Origin: Planctomycetota bacterium
GTDB lineage: Bacteria > Planctomycetota > UBA8108 > SXIK01
Assembly (NCBI GenBank): GCA_965223845.1
Contig: CBDCXR010000004.1
Coordinates: forward strand, 5,952,001-6,016,000
Length of the DNA: 64,000 bases
Reading direction: 5' to 3'
The notes beneath the pieces are model-generated. The model had not been told where the DNA came from and made no database searches. It was given only the letters and a program-made list of their open reading frames with translations. The first letter of the stretch is position 1. Each line of letters begins with the position of its first letter. A program made the position numbers and the translations under genes. Of this stretch, positions 45,601 to 54,300 are shown piece by piece.

Positions 45601-48325
45601 CGCCCGTTCGGTACATGCGCGCGTTCGGCTCGTTCGCGAACGGGTCCTCGACGAAGCGCGCCGCCGTGAGGTCGGGTTGGCCGTGGTATCCCCGCGCGAC
45701 ACCCGCGCCGCCGATGTAGAGCTCGCCCGGAACGCCGGCCGGAACCGGCTCTCCCGCCTCGTCGAGGATGTAGAGACGGGTGTTCGCGATCGGTCGACCG
45801 GCGACGACGAGAGCGTCACCCGAAGAGAGGCGCTGACACGTCGACCAGACGGTTGTCTCGGTCGGCCCGTAGAGGTTCCACACTTCGTCGGAATGCGCAG
45901 TGAGCTCGTGCGCGAGATCGACAGCCAAGGCCTCCCCTCCGGAGAGGACGCGAAGCGGCGTCGCGGGCCAACCGGCGTCGACGATCATGCGCCAGGTCAC
46001 CGGTGTGGCCTGAAGCGTCGTGATCTCGTGCTGCTCGATCAAGTGGAGGATGGTTCGTCCGTCCATCGCCGAAGCACTGTCGGCGACGACGGAGCGCGCA
46101 CCGACCCAGACGGGAAGGAAGAGCTCGAGCGCCGCGATATCGAACGAAATCGTCGTGAGCGCGAGGAGGCGATCCTCCGGCCCCAAGCCGGGCTCCTCGG
46201 CCATGCTGTCGAGAAAGTTCGCGAGGTTCGCGTGCGTCACCTCGACGCCCTTTGGTTTCCCGGTCGAGCCGGAGGTGTAGATGATGTAGGCGACATCGTC
46301 GCCGTCGATCCGGAGATCGCCCGGGAGGGGAGGATCGTTCGCACCCTCGCTCGGGGCTCGGTCGATGCACAGGGTCTTCGCGGCCGTCGCGGGGAGGGCG
46401 CTCTCGAGCGTCGTGCTCGTGACGACGAGCGTGGCACCCGAGCTCTCGAGGATGGCGCGCTGGCGTTCGGCCGGGTACTGCGGGTCGATCGGCACGTAGG
46501 CCGCGCCCGCCGTGAGGACTCCTAGGAGCGCGGCGGGGAGGTCGATTCCGCGCTCGAGGCAAACTGCGACGATGCCGTGCGGCGCAACTCCACTCGCTGC
46601 GATGCGGCGTGCGATGACGTCGACGCGCTCGCCGAACTCGCGGTAGGTGAACGCTCCGTCGTGCGCCTCGAAGGCGACGGCGTCCGGGGTGGCGGCGATG
46701 CGCTCGCGGATGCGGGCGGGAACGGACACCTCCGGAATCTCGCGCGCGGTTTCATTCCAGGCGACGACGACTTCGTGTCGTTCCGCGTCGGAGAGTCGCA
46801 GCGCATCGCACAGCGGTCGGTCGGGCGCTTCGACGAGCGCCTCGAGAACGTCGCGGAACTGCGCGAGGAGCCGCCGCGCGGTTACGGGACTGAAGAGATC
46901 CGTGCTGTAGTCGAGCGCGAGGGTCCAGTCGTCGACCTGCGCCTTGATGACGAAGTGGAGATCTGTCTGGGAGGACCCCATCGGCACGTTGAACTGAGTG
47001 AGCTCGACCGGCCCGAACGAGCGGGGCCGCGCCGACGCGTCCTGGTAGAGGAACATCACCTGAAAGAGCGGGTTCCGGCTCCGGTCGCGCGCGACGCTCA
47101 GCTCCTCGACGAGCTGCTCGAAGGGAAGCGACTGGTGTGTAAACGCGTCGAGCGAGTTTTCGCGGACGACTCGGACGAGCTCGCGAAAGCTCATGTCTGC
47201 GCGCAGCTCGCTCCGGGTGACGAGCATGTTGACGAAGTATCCGATGAGCGGCTCGATCTCCGGTCGGGTGGTGTTCTCGATCGGACAGCCGACCGCCAGG
47301 TCGGTCTGACCCGTCAGCCGGTGCATGAACGCCTTCACCGCGGCGAGGACGGTCATGTAGAGAGTCGCCTTCTCCGAGCGGCCGAGCTCGATCAACTTCG
47401 CGACGAGGGCATCCGGAATCGGAAGCAGCTCGGAGGTTCCGCGGTAGCTGATCGCCGCGGGACGCGGCAAGTCGGTCGGCAGCTCGAGAAACGGGACGCC
47501 GTCGCCGAGCTTCTCGCGCCAGAAATCGATATCGGCGCGCAGTGCATCGTCGCGAAGCAGGTCGCGCTCCCACGCAGCGAAGTCGGCGTACTGAACCTCG
47601 AGTGCCGGGAGCTCGGCGTCTCGATCGGCGATGTCGGCTTCGTAGAGTTGCGCGAGCTCCGCGAGCGCGATGTCGAACGACCACGCGTCCCAGACGATGT
47701 GATGCGGGAGGATGAGGATCGCGTGCTCTTCGTCGTCGAGTTGATAGAGAACGAAGCGCACGAGGCGATCGCTCGCGAGATCGAACGGTTGATGCACCTC
47801 GGCTTGGATTCGCTCGGCGAGCTCGCGCTCGCGCTCTTCCCGCGTACCCGTGCGCAAATCGTAGAGCGGTACGTCGACGTCGACCTCGTCGTGGATGACG
47901 AGCACCGGCTCACCGTTCTGCGTGAGGAAGTTCGTTCGCAGCGTCTCGTGGCGAGCGAAGATCGCAGCGATCGCGCGGCGGAGCGCCTCGACATCGAGCG
48001 GGCCGCGGAGGTGCCAGCCCCCGGGGATGTTGTGCAGCGGGCAACCCGGTTGCAGCTGCTCGAGGAACCACGCTCGTTGCTGCGAGAACGAAAGCGGAAG
48101 CGGACCGCTCCGTTCGCGGCGCGCGATCGGCGGAAGCGATTGCGATGCTTCCTCGGTCTCGGTCCGCTTGAAGAACGCGAGGAACTCGTCGCGACGCTCA
48201 CGAATCCTCGCGATGAGCTGCGGGTCCGCGGAGCCCCGTGGCGCATTGCAGATCAGTCGACCGGATTCGACGCGGAGCTCGATCCCGGCCTCTCTGAGCT
48301 CAGAGAGAAACTCGTAGATTCTCAA
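42620..48325 (-). CDS. NRPS: TubC-type N-terminal docking domain, C, A (Gly-like), degenerate KR, T, thioesterase
   Basis: C 'HHIVWDAWS'; A 'YTSGSTGKPKG', 'YGPTETTVWS', 'NGKIDR'; KR-like region; T 'GGHSL'; TE 'GGFCSGG' and 'PGDHD'; TTG start overlaps the upstream TGA. Confidence 0.92.
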   Translation of the reverse strand: MRIYEFLSELREAGIELRVESGRLICNAPRGSADPQLIARIRERRDEFLAFFKRTETEEASQSLPPIARRERSGPLPLSFSQQRAWFLEQLQPGCPLHNIPGGWHLRGPLDVEALRRAIAAIFARHETLRTNFLTQNGEPVLVIHDEVDVDVPLYDLRTGTREERERELAERIQAEVHQPFDLASDRLVRFVLYQLDDEEHAILILPHHIVWDAWSFDIALAELAQLYEADIADRDAELPALEVQYADFAAWERDLLRDDALRADIDFWREKLGDGVPFLELPTDLPRPAAISYRGTSELLPIPDALVAKLIELGRSEKATLYMTVLAAVKAFMHRLTGQTDLAVGCPIENTTRPEIEPLIGYFVNMLVTRSELRADMSFRELVRVVRENSLDAFTHQSLPFEQLVEELSVARDRSRNPLFQVMFLYQDASARPRSFGPVELTQFNVPMGSSQTDLHFVIKAQVDDWTLALDYSTDLFSPVTARRLLAQFRDVLEALVEAPDRPLCDALRLSDAERHEVVVAWNETAREIPEVSVPARIRERIAATPDAVAFEAHDGAFTYREFGERVDVIARRIAASGVAPHGIVAVCLERGIDLPAALLGVLTAGAAYVPIDPQYPAERQRAILESSGATLVVTSTTLESALPATAAKTLCIDRAPSEGANDPPLPGDLRIDGDDVAYIIYTSGSTGKPKGVEVTHANLANFLDSMAEEPGLGPEDRLLALTTISFDIAALELFLPVWVGARSVVADSASAMDGRTILHLIEQHEITTLQATPVTWRMIVDAGWPATPLRVLSGGEALAVDLAHELTAHSDEVWNLYGPTETTVWSTCQRLSSGDALVVAGRPIANTRLYILDEAGEPVPAGVPGELYIGGAGVARGYHGQPDLTAARFVEDPFANEPNARMYRTGDIARFHGDGLLQWLHRADDQVKIRGFRVELGEIEGLLREHPRVHSAVASVREDREGDQRLVAYYVPADDAEPPRDELRELLRSRLPYYMVPQHFVALEELPLTPNGKIDRARLPAPTQSRARPATTPARRSDPREWVQRVEWVESELRAVDRSISLLGDWLVFADEAGIGAELAAALRTEGARVVTVSAGDSFVELSPEEYWLNPSLGREEYDRLLASLARRGFEASRVVHCWLVTDEETCRPGSSFFQRNQEHGFYSLLALTQAMARRSPDRSLETLIVSSDMHSDVGGASARRTHPEKATALGVARVVPRLLENFAFASVDLSGAQVGEDIVDALLAELCHPTAESVALSGGRRWVRRYVPLPANELARRDDVPVVAGASYMITDGLSPSGLLAAEALARTAPVHAVLLSHEPVAPRDEWSDEREAAIERIETLGSTVSVISGVVSDVAEMRSLRERLLAESRAVRGVIHNDAITRPGRLLGKTDRDVEAVFTAQIHGALVVESLFESGELDFVVSLREDPFGALEPQVDSAAAAAFLDAWAAARPQSVAIEAPAVDECSDELAASLLRTLQHSFRRSAASGMAVSMYDLNAEIPTGDSRWVAPRDELEVRLSEFWEECIGTGAFSVRDDFFSVGGHSLVAVRLMTMINSEFGLEYPLATLFDAPTIESLAARLRRDLKSADEACGGKATEPARRRYVVPMSTPREGSGTPIFVVAGAYGNVLNLRQLAVRVGERRPFYGIQARGLLGDDNPHESFEEMAADYLREVREVQPEGPYILGGFCSGGIIAYEMAQQLQREGQTVELLVFLDTLVPRTGERLRLGDRLKLHRDRVKSRGVRHIFETGKRWVEWRLRREPKPSSDPASYRSEAIYDATFRAMAEYEPDPYSGRVALFRPPLDIAGELGDGRRIDSKKRFVHEDNGWKKYIADLEVHELPARPGDHDGAVLEPVVETLARQLRRVIAAACSKKNGECDCADCKTEATRASTGAARV

Positions 48326-51300
48326 ATCTCGATGTCCTCACGCCCGTCGTCCGCGGTTCCACCCGCGGACGCGCCCACGTACCGCTGCGCCTCGATGTAT
48401 TCGGCCAGCCCACGAATCGTCGGATCGACGAAAAACCCTCGCAGTTGCAGATCGACGTGAAACTCTTCGCGCGCCTTGGCGAGCATTCGCGCCGCGACGA
48501 GTGAGTGTCCGCCGAGGTCGAAGAAGTCCGCCCGCACGCTCACGCGCTCGAGGCGCAGTGTTTCGCTCCAGAGCTGCGCGAGATACGACTCGACCTCGCC
48601 CGCCGCCGGCGCGTACGTCTCGACGATGATCGAGGCGCCGTCCGGCGGCGGCAGCGCGCGGCGGTCGACCTTCCCGTTCGGCGTGCGCGGCACTTCGTCG
48701 AGCTCGACAAAGTGCTGCGGCACCATGTACTCGGGGAGACGCGCGCGAACGAAGGCTCGCAATTCTCCGAGATCGAGCGAATCGTGCTCCCAGCGAACGT
48801 AGGCGACCAGGCGGTGGTCGCCGGACTCGCCCTCCCACACCGAGGCGACCGCCTCGGCGACGCCTCCGAACGCGGCGAGCGCGCTCTCGACTTCACCGAG
48901 CTCGATGCGGAAGCCTCGGACCTTGACCTGGTCGTCGACGCGGCGGAGGCACTCGATCGCTCCGCTCGACGTGACGCGCGCGAGGTCGCCGGTCCGGTAG
49001 AGTCGATCTCCGTCGCGGAAGGGATGCTCGACGAACTTCTCCGAGGTGAGCTCGTCGCGACCGAGGTAACCGCGTGCGAGGCCGGTGCCGCCGATGTAGA
49101 GCTCGCCGACCGCGCCGACGGGAAGGAGCTCCCTCGCATCGTCGAGGACGAAGAGCTCGGTGTTCGCGATCGGTCGACCGACGAGAACTCGGTCGTCGGA
49201 AGGATGGACGCGATGACAGGAAGACCAGACCGTGGTCTCCGTCGGCCCATACATATTCCACACCTCCTCCGAACGCTCGCCAAACTGCCGCGCGAGGTCC
49301 TCGGGGAGACGTTCACCGCCGCAGAGAACCTTGAGGGGGACTTCTCGTGTCCACCCCGCTTCGATGAGAAGTCGCCAGGTGACTGGCGTCGCTTGGAGGA
49401 CCGTCGCGCCCGTCGTGCGAATGAGCCGCAGCAGCTCGGCGCCGTCGGCGGCCGTTTCGCTCGGCACTAGAATACACTTCGCTCCAACGAAGAGCGGAAG
49501 GAAAAGCTCGAGCGCGGCGATGTCGAACGAGATCGTCGTGACCGCCGCGAGTCCATCGATCGGACGAAGTCCGGGCTCGCGCGCCATGCTGGCGAGGAAG
49601 TTGACGAGGCTCCGGTGCGTGATCTGAACGCCCTTCGGCTTTCCCGTCGAACCGGACGTATAAATGACGTACGCAAGATGTTCGGGGCCGGTCGTCGGTT
49701 CGAGGTCCGAGGCGTCCGCGTCTCCGATCACGTTCGCTTCGAGATCGAGACAGACGACGCGCGCACTGCCCTTCGGCAGATCCGCCGCGATGCTCGAATG
49801 CGAGAGCACGACGCTCGCCCGCGAATCTTCGAGCATGAACTCGATGCGTGCGGCGGGAAAATCCGGGTCGAGGGGAACGTAAGCCCCGCCGGCCTTGTGA
49901 ATCGCGAGGAGCGCGATGACGAGATCCGGTCCGCGCTCGAGGTGAACGCCGATCAGATCTTCCGCACCGACTCCGATCGAGCGCAGGTAGCGCGCGAGTC
50001 GGTTCGCCTCGGCGTTCAGCTCGCGGTACGTCCAGCTCGACTCTCCGAAGACGACAGCGGTCGCGTTCGGCGTCTTCGTCGCCTGCTCGGCGATCACGCG
50101 CTGGAGGCAGCCGTCGGGGAATTCGGCGGTCGTCCGATTGAGCTCCGTCTCGAGGTGGTCCCGCTGATCGGCGGTGAGGACGGGAAGGCGCCGCACTTCG
50201 GTCTCGGGCGTGCGCACCGCGCTTTCGAGCAAGCACTCGAAGTGGCTGAGCCAGCGGCGGATCGTCGCTTCGTCGTAGAGATCGGTATTGAAATCGAGGT
50301 CGACGGTGAGGCTTCCCTGACCCTCGTTCAGGTTGACGAACATGTCGAAGTGCGCCGCGCCCTTCGGGTTCTCATGAATCGACGCGCTGAGTCCACTGAA
50401 CCCGCTTCCCGGCACGTCGCGGTCGACGTTGAAGATCACCTCGATGAGCGGCAGTCGACTCGGATCGCGTTTGACGGCGATCTCTTCGAGCAGGCGACCG
50501 AACGCGACGTCCTGGTTCTCGTACATGTCGAGCACCTTCGACTGCACTTCGTCGAGGAGGGTCGCAAACGTCGCCCCGCGGGGGAACTTCATGCGAACCG
50601 GCACCAGATTGACGCAGTGCCCGATCATGTTCTGCTCGCCGGCGAGCGCTTGGCCGGCCGTCGGGATGCCGACGACGAGATCGTCCTGGCCGGTGAGCCG
50701 GTGGAGAAGCGCACCGTACGTGGCGAGGAGTGCCGCGAAGAGTGTCACGCCGCGCTCTCCGGCGAAGGCCTTGAACGACTCGTACACGTCTTGATCGAAC
50801 TGATGGTGGATCGATGAACCGCCGTTTGTGCGCACACGAGGCCGGATTCGATCGGTCGGGAGGTCGAGGGGCGGTGGAACGCTCGCGAACTCGTTTTTCC
50901 AGAAGCGAATGATCTCGTCGCCCGCCTCGCTCGCGCGCCGTTCCTCTTCCTCGATCGCATAGCGGAGAAACGAGCCTGCGTCGGGAAGGAGCGCCGGACG
51001 ATTCTCGACCGAGCTCGAGTAGAGGACGCTCACCTCGTCCACGAACACGCCTGCTGACCAGCCGTCGAAGACGATATGGTGGGACGTGCCGATGAGGTGG
51101 TGCGTCGTCGCGTCGAGCTTGACGACGTGGAGCCGGAGGAGCGGCCCCGCCTCGAGATCGAACGGCGTTCGCCCCTCGTGGTCGTAGATCCGGCGGAGCT
51201 CTTCTTTCTTCTTCGAGCGTGAACAGCCGGAGAGATCGGTCCACTCCCACTCGGGTGTCTCGGAAAGAACGAGCCGCTGGGACGGACCATCGCTGCTGAA

Positions 51301-54300
51301 GCGCAGCGAAAACCCTTCGTGCCGCTCGACCGTCTGCCGGATCGCGTCGCGAAGGGCGTCGACGTCGAGCTTGCCCCGCAGCTTGAGCGTAAACGACTCG
51401 TTGTACGCGCAGGAGGCGTCGTCCCCCATTTGCGATGCGAACCAGATCTCGCGCTGCCCGTCCGTGAGAGGAAACGATCCGACGGGAACGTCGACGACGA
51501 GCTCGCTCTCCGGAAGAAATCCACCGGCTTGCATCTCGAGCACGCTCTCCTCGATCGCCGCTTGCACGCGCGCAATCTCCTCGCTCGTGTGCTGCGTCGA
51601 GAAGAAGCAGTTCTGCCCGATCTCGCGGATGTAGATCCCGCGCTCGATCAGGTGGTAGACGAGGATCGGGCCGATCGGGAGGTCGCTCGGAAGGTCGAAG
51701 CGGAACCACGAGCTGAACTGACGGATGCGAATTGGTACGCGTCGCGACTCGAAGAAGAGATTGAGCTCGCGCGCGAAGCGTGTCGTGCGCGCATTCACGC
51801 CCTCCTGGAGCTTCGGACCTTCGGTTTCGAGGTGCTCGAGCACCGCGCCCGCGGCCGCGAGGGCGAGCGGATGGCGGACGAACGTCCCGGCGAAGAACGT
51901 CATGTCGGCCTCCGGCGCGGAGTCGTCGCCGTAGTTCCACATGCCGCCGTCGAGCGCATCCATGTATTTCGCGCTCCCGGCGACGACTCCGATCGGGAGC
52001 CCGCCGCCGATCACCTTCCCGTAGGTTGCGAGGTCGCCGCGGATGCCGAAGAGAGCCTGCGCGCCGCCGGGGTGCACGCGGAATCCGGTGATGACCTCGT
52101 CGAAGATCATCGCCGTTCCACTCTCTTCGGTGAGCTGACGCACCGCGCGGAGGAACTCAACCGGACGGTTCTCCGGGTGGCGACTCTGAATCGGCTCCAC
52201 CAGCACCGCCGCCAGCTCGCCCGCGTGCGCTCGGAGCACCTCGAGACTTTCCGGCGCCCCGTAGTCGAGGATCATCGCCGCGTTCACCGCTTGCTGCACG
52301 ATTCCCGGTGCCGCGGGCAGGGTCTGAAGGTTCCCACGCACCACCTGTGAGCGACCGAGCACTTCGTCGAAGACGCCGTGGTAGTCACCGGCGAAGTACG
52401 CGATGCGATCGCGTCCCGTCACCGTTCGCGCCATGCGAAGAGCCGCGGTGACGGCTTCCGAGCCGGTATTGCAGAACGACACTCGCTCCATCCCGGTGAG
52501 CCGCGCGAGGCGCTCGGCGACCGGCCCGGCGAGCTCGTGCTGCGGTCCGATCTCCATCCCTCGCTCGAGCTGTGCGCGAATCGCCGCCTCGACGTAATCG
52601 GGCGAGTGCCCGAGGTAGTTGACGCCGAATCCCATGGTGATGTCGATGTACTCGTTGCCATCGACGTCCCAGAGGCGCGAACCCTTCGAGCGCTCGGTGA
52701 CGATCTGGTAGACGAGCTCCTTCCACGCGCCGCGGAAGCCCGCGACCGATCGCGGATCGGACTGAACGGGCCGATAGCGCGCGGCGGCGGCTTTCGATCC
52801 GGCGGTCTTTTCGCTGACGCGATGGACGAGCGCGTCGAGATGCTGCTGTTGGCGCGAAGTGAGTCCGCCGTCGGCACCGCGCGCGACCGGCGCGTAGGGG
52901 CCGAAGCGTCCCTTCGTCGACTCGGTGTCGCCTCGCGCGCCGAGCTTCGCCTGCGCGACGGGGCGCCGGAGATCCTCGGGCTCGAGATCGCCCGTCGAGC
53001 GAGCGCTTTGCGCGCGCAGACCGGCAAGTTCCGACTGGATCGTCTGGAGCTGTGCCGCGATGCGATCGACGGGATCGCCCCCCTCGCTCGGCGCGATCGG
53101 GGGAGCGGCGGCCGGAGGCGCGCTCGACGCCGCCGGTGCGGGCGTCGTGGCAACCGGGGCCGGCGCCGCGAACGCGTCTGCGGGGAGGCGTTCGTCGTAG
53201 TATTCGGCGAGCGCTTCGATCGACGTCACGTCTTCGAGAAGCTGGCGGAACTTGATTCGCTCGCCGAGCTGCTGACCGAGCTCGGCGCTCGCCTGCGTGA
53301 GGAAGAGCGAATCGAGTCCCATTTCGAGGAACGTCGTCTCGCGATCGTCCTCGCCGATCTCGATGCCGGAGAGGTCGTAGAAGATCTCGCGGATGCGACT
53401 CGCGATCCGGTCCTTTCGGCTGCCGGGATCCTCCGCTTCGGTCGGAGCGGCGGCGGGAGGGACCGCGGCGTCCGCGGTGAGCTCAGAGCTCGAAACCGCG
53501 GTGACGCCCGAGGGGGTAGCGCGCGTCGGGTCCCCGAGCGGGGGCGGGTCGATCCAGTGCCGTTCGCGGGCGAACGCGTAGCCGGGAAGCTCGACGCGGC
53601 GGCGCCCTTCTTCGGCGTAGAACTTCTCCCAATCGACTGCGACGCCGTTCGTCCACAAGCGACCGACCGCGTCGAGGATCGATGCGAGTGCGTCGCCGGC
53701 ATCCTTCGGATGCGCACACGACGAAACGACGCTCGGACGTCTGCCGTCGAACGAGTGCTGGAGCGCGGAGTTGGACAGCGTGCGCGAAGGTCCGACCTCG
53801 AGAAACACGCGACCCTCCTCGCGTGCGACCTCGGACAGCGCGGCGCTGAAGCGCACCGGACGGCGGAGTTGCTGTGCCCAGTAGCTCGGATCGGTCGCCT
53901 CGGAGTCGGTGAGCCACCTTCCGGTGAGCGTCGAGAGAATGGGGCGCGAGGGCGCACGCCGCTCGACGCCGGCGACGATGGCGGTGAACGGCGCGACGAC
54001 CGGCTCCATCATCTCCGAGTGGAACGCGTGCGACGTGTGGAGCGGGATCGTCTCGAGCTTGTCGGCGCTCAAGCGTTTCTCGAACGCCTGAATCGCCTCC
54101 GGCGAGCCGCTCACGATCGAGACCTGCGGCGCGTTCGCGGCGGCGAGCGCAACGCCGTCACCGAGATAAGGCGCAACATCCTCTTCGCTGAGCCGAACGG
54201 CGCGCATGTGACCCGCGGGCATCGACTGCATGAGGCGCGCGCGCTCGGCGAGAACGCGGAGGGCGTCGTCGAACGTGAACACTCCGGCGAGGCACGCCGC

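Noticed and set aside
43850-46800. Alpha-keto-acid (depsipeptide) A-KR-T module as in cereulide or valinomycin
   Set aside because: The A domain keeps the amino-binding Asp (SFDI) with a Gly-type code, and the KR lacks the NADPH and Tyr motifs.
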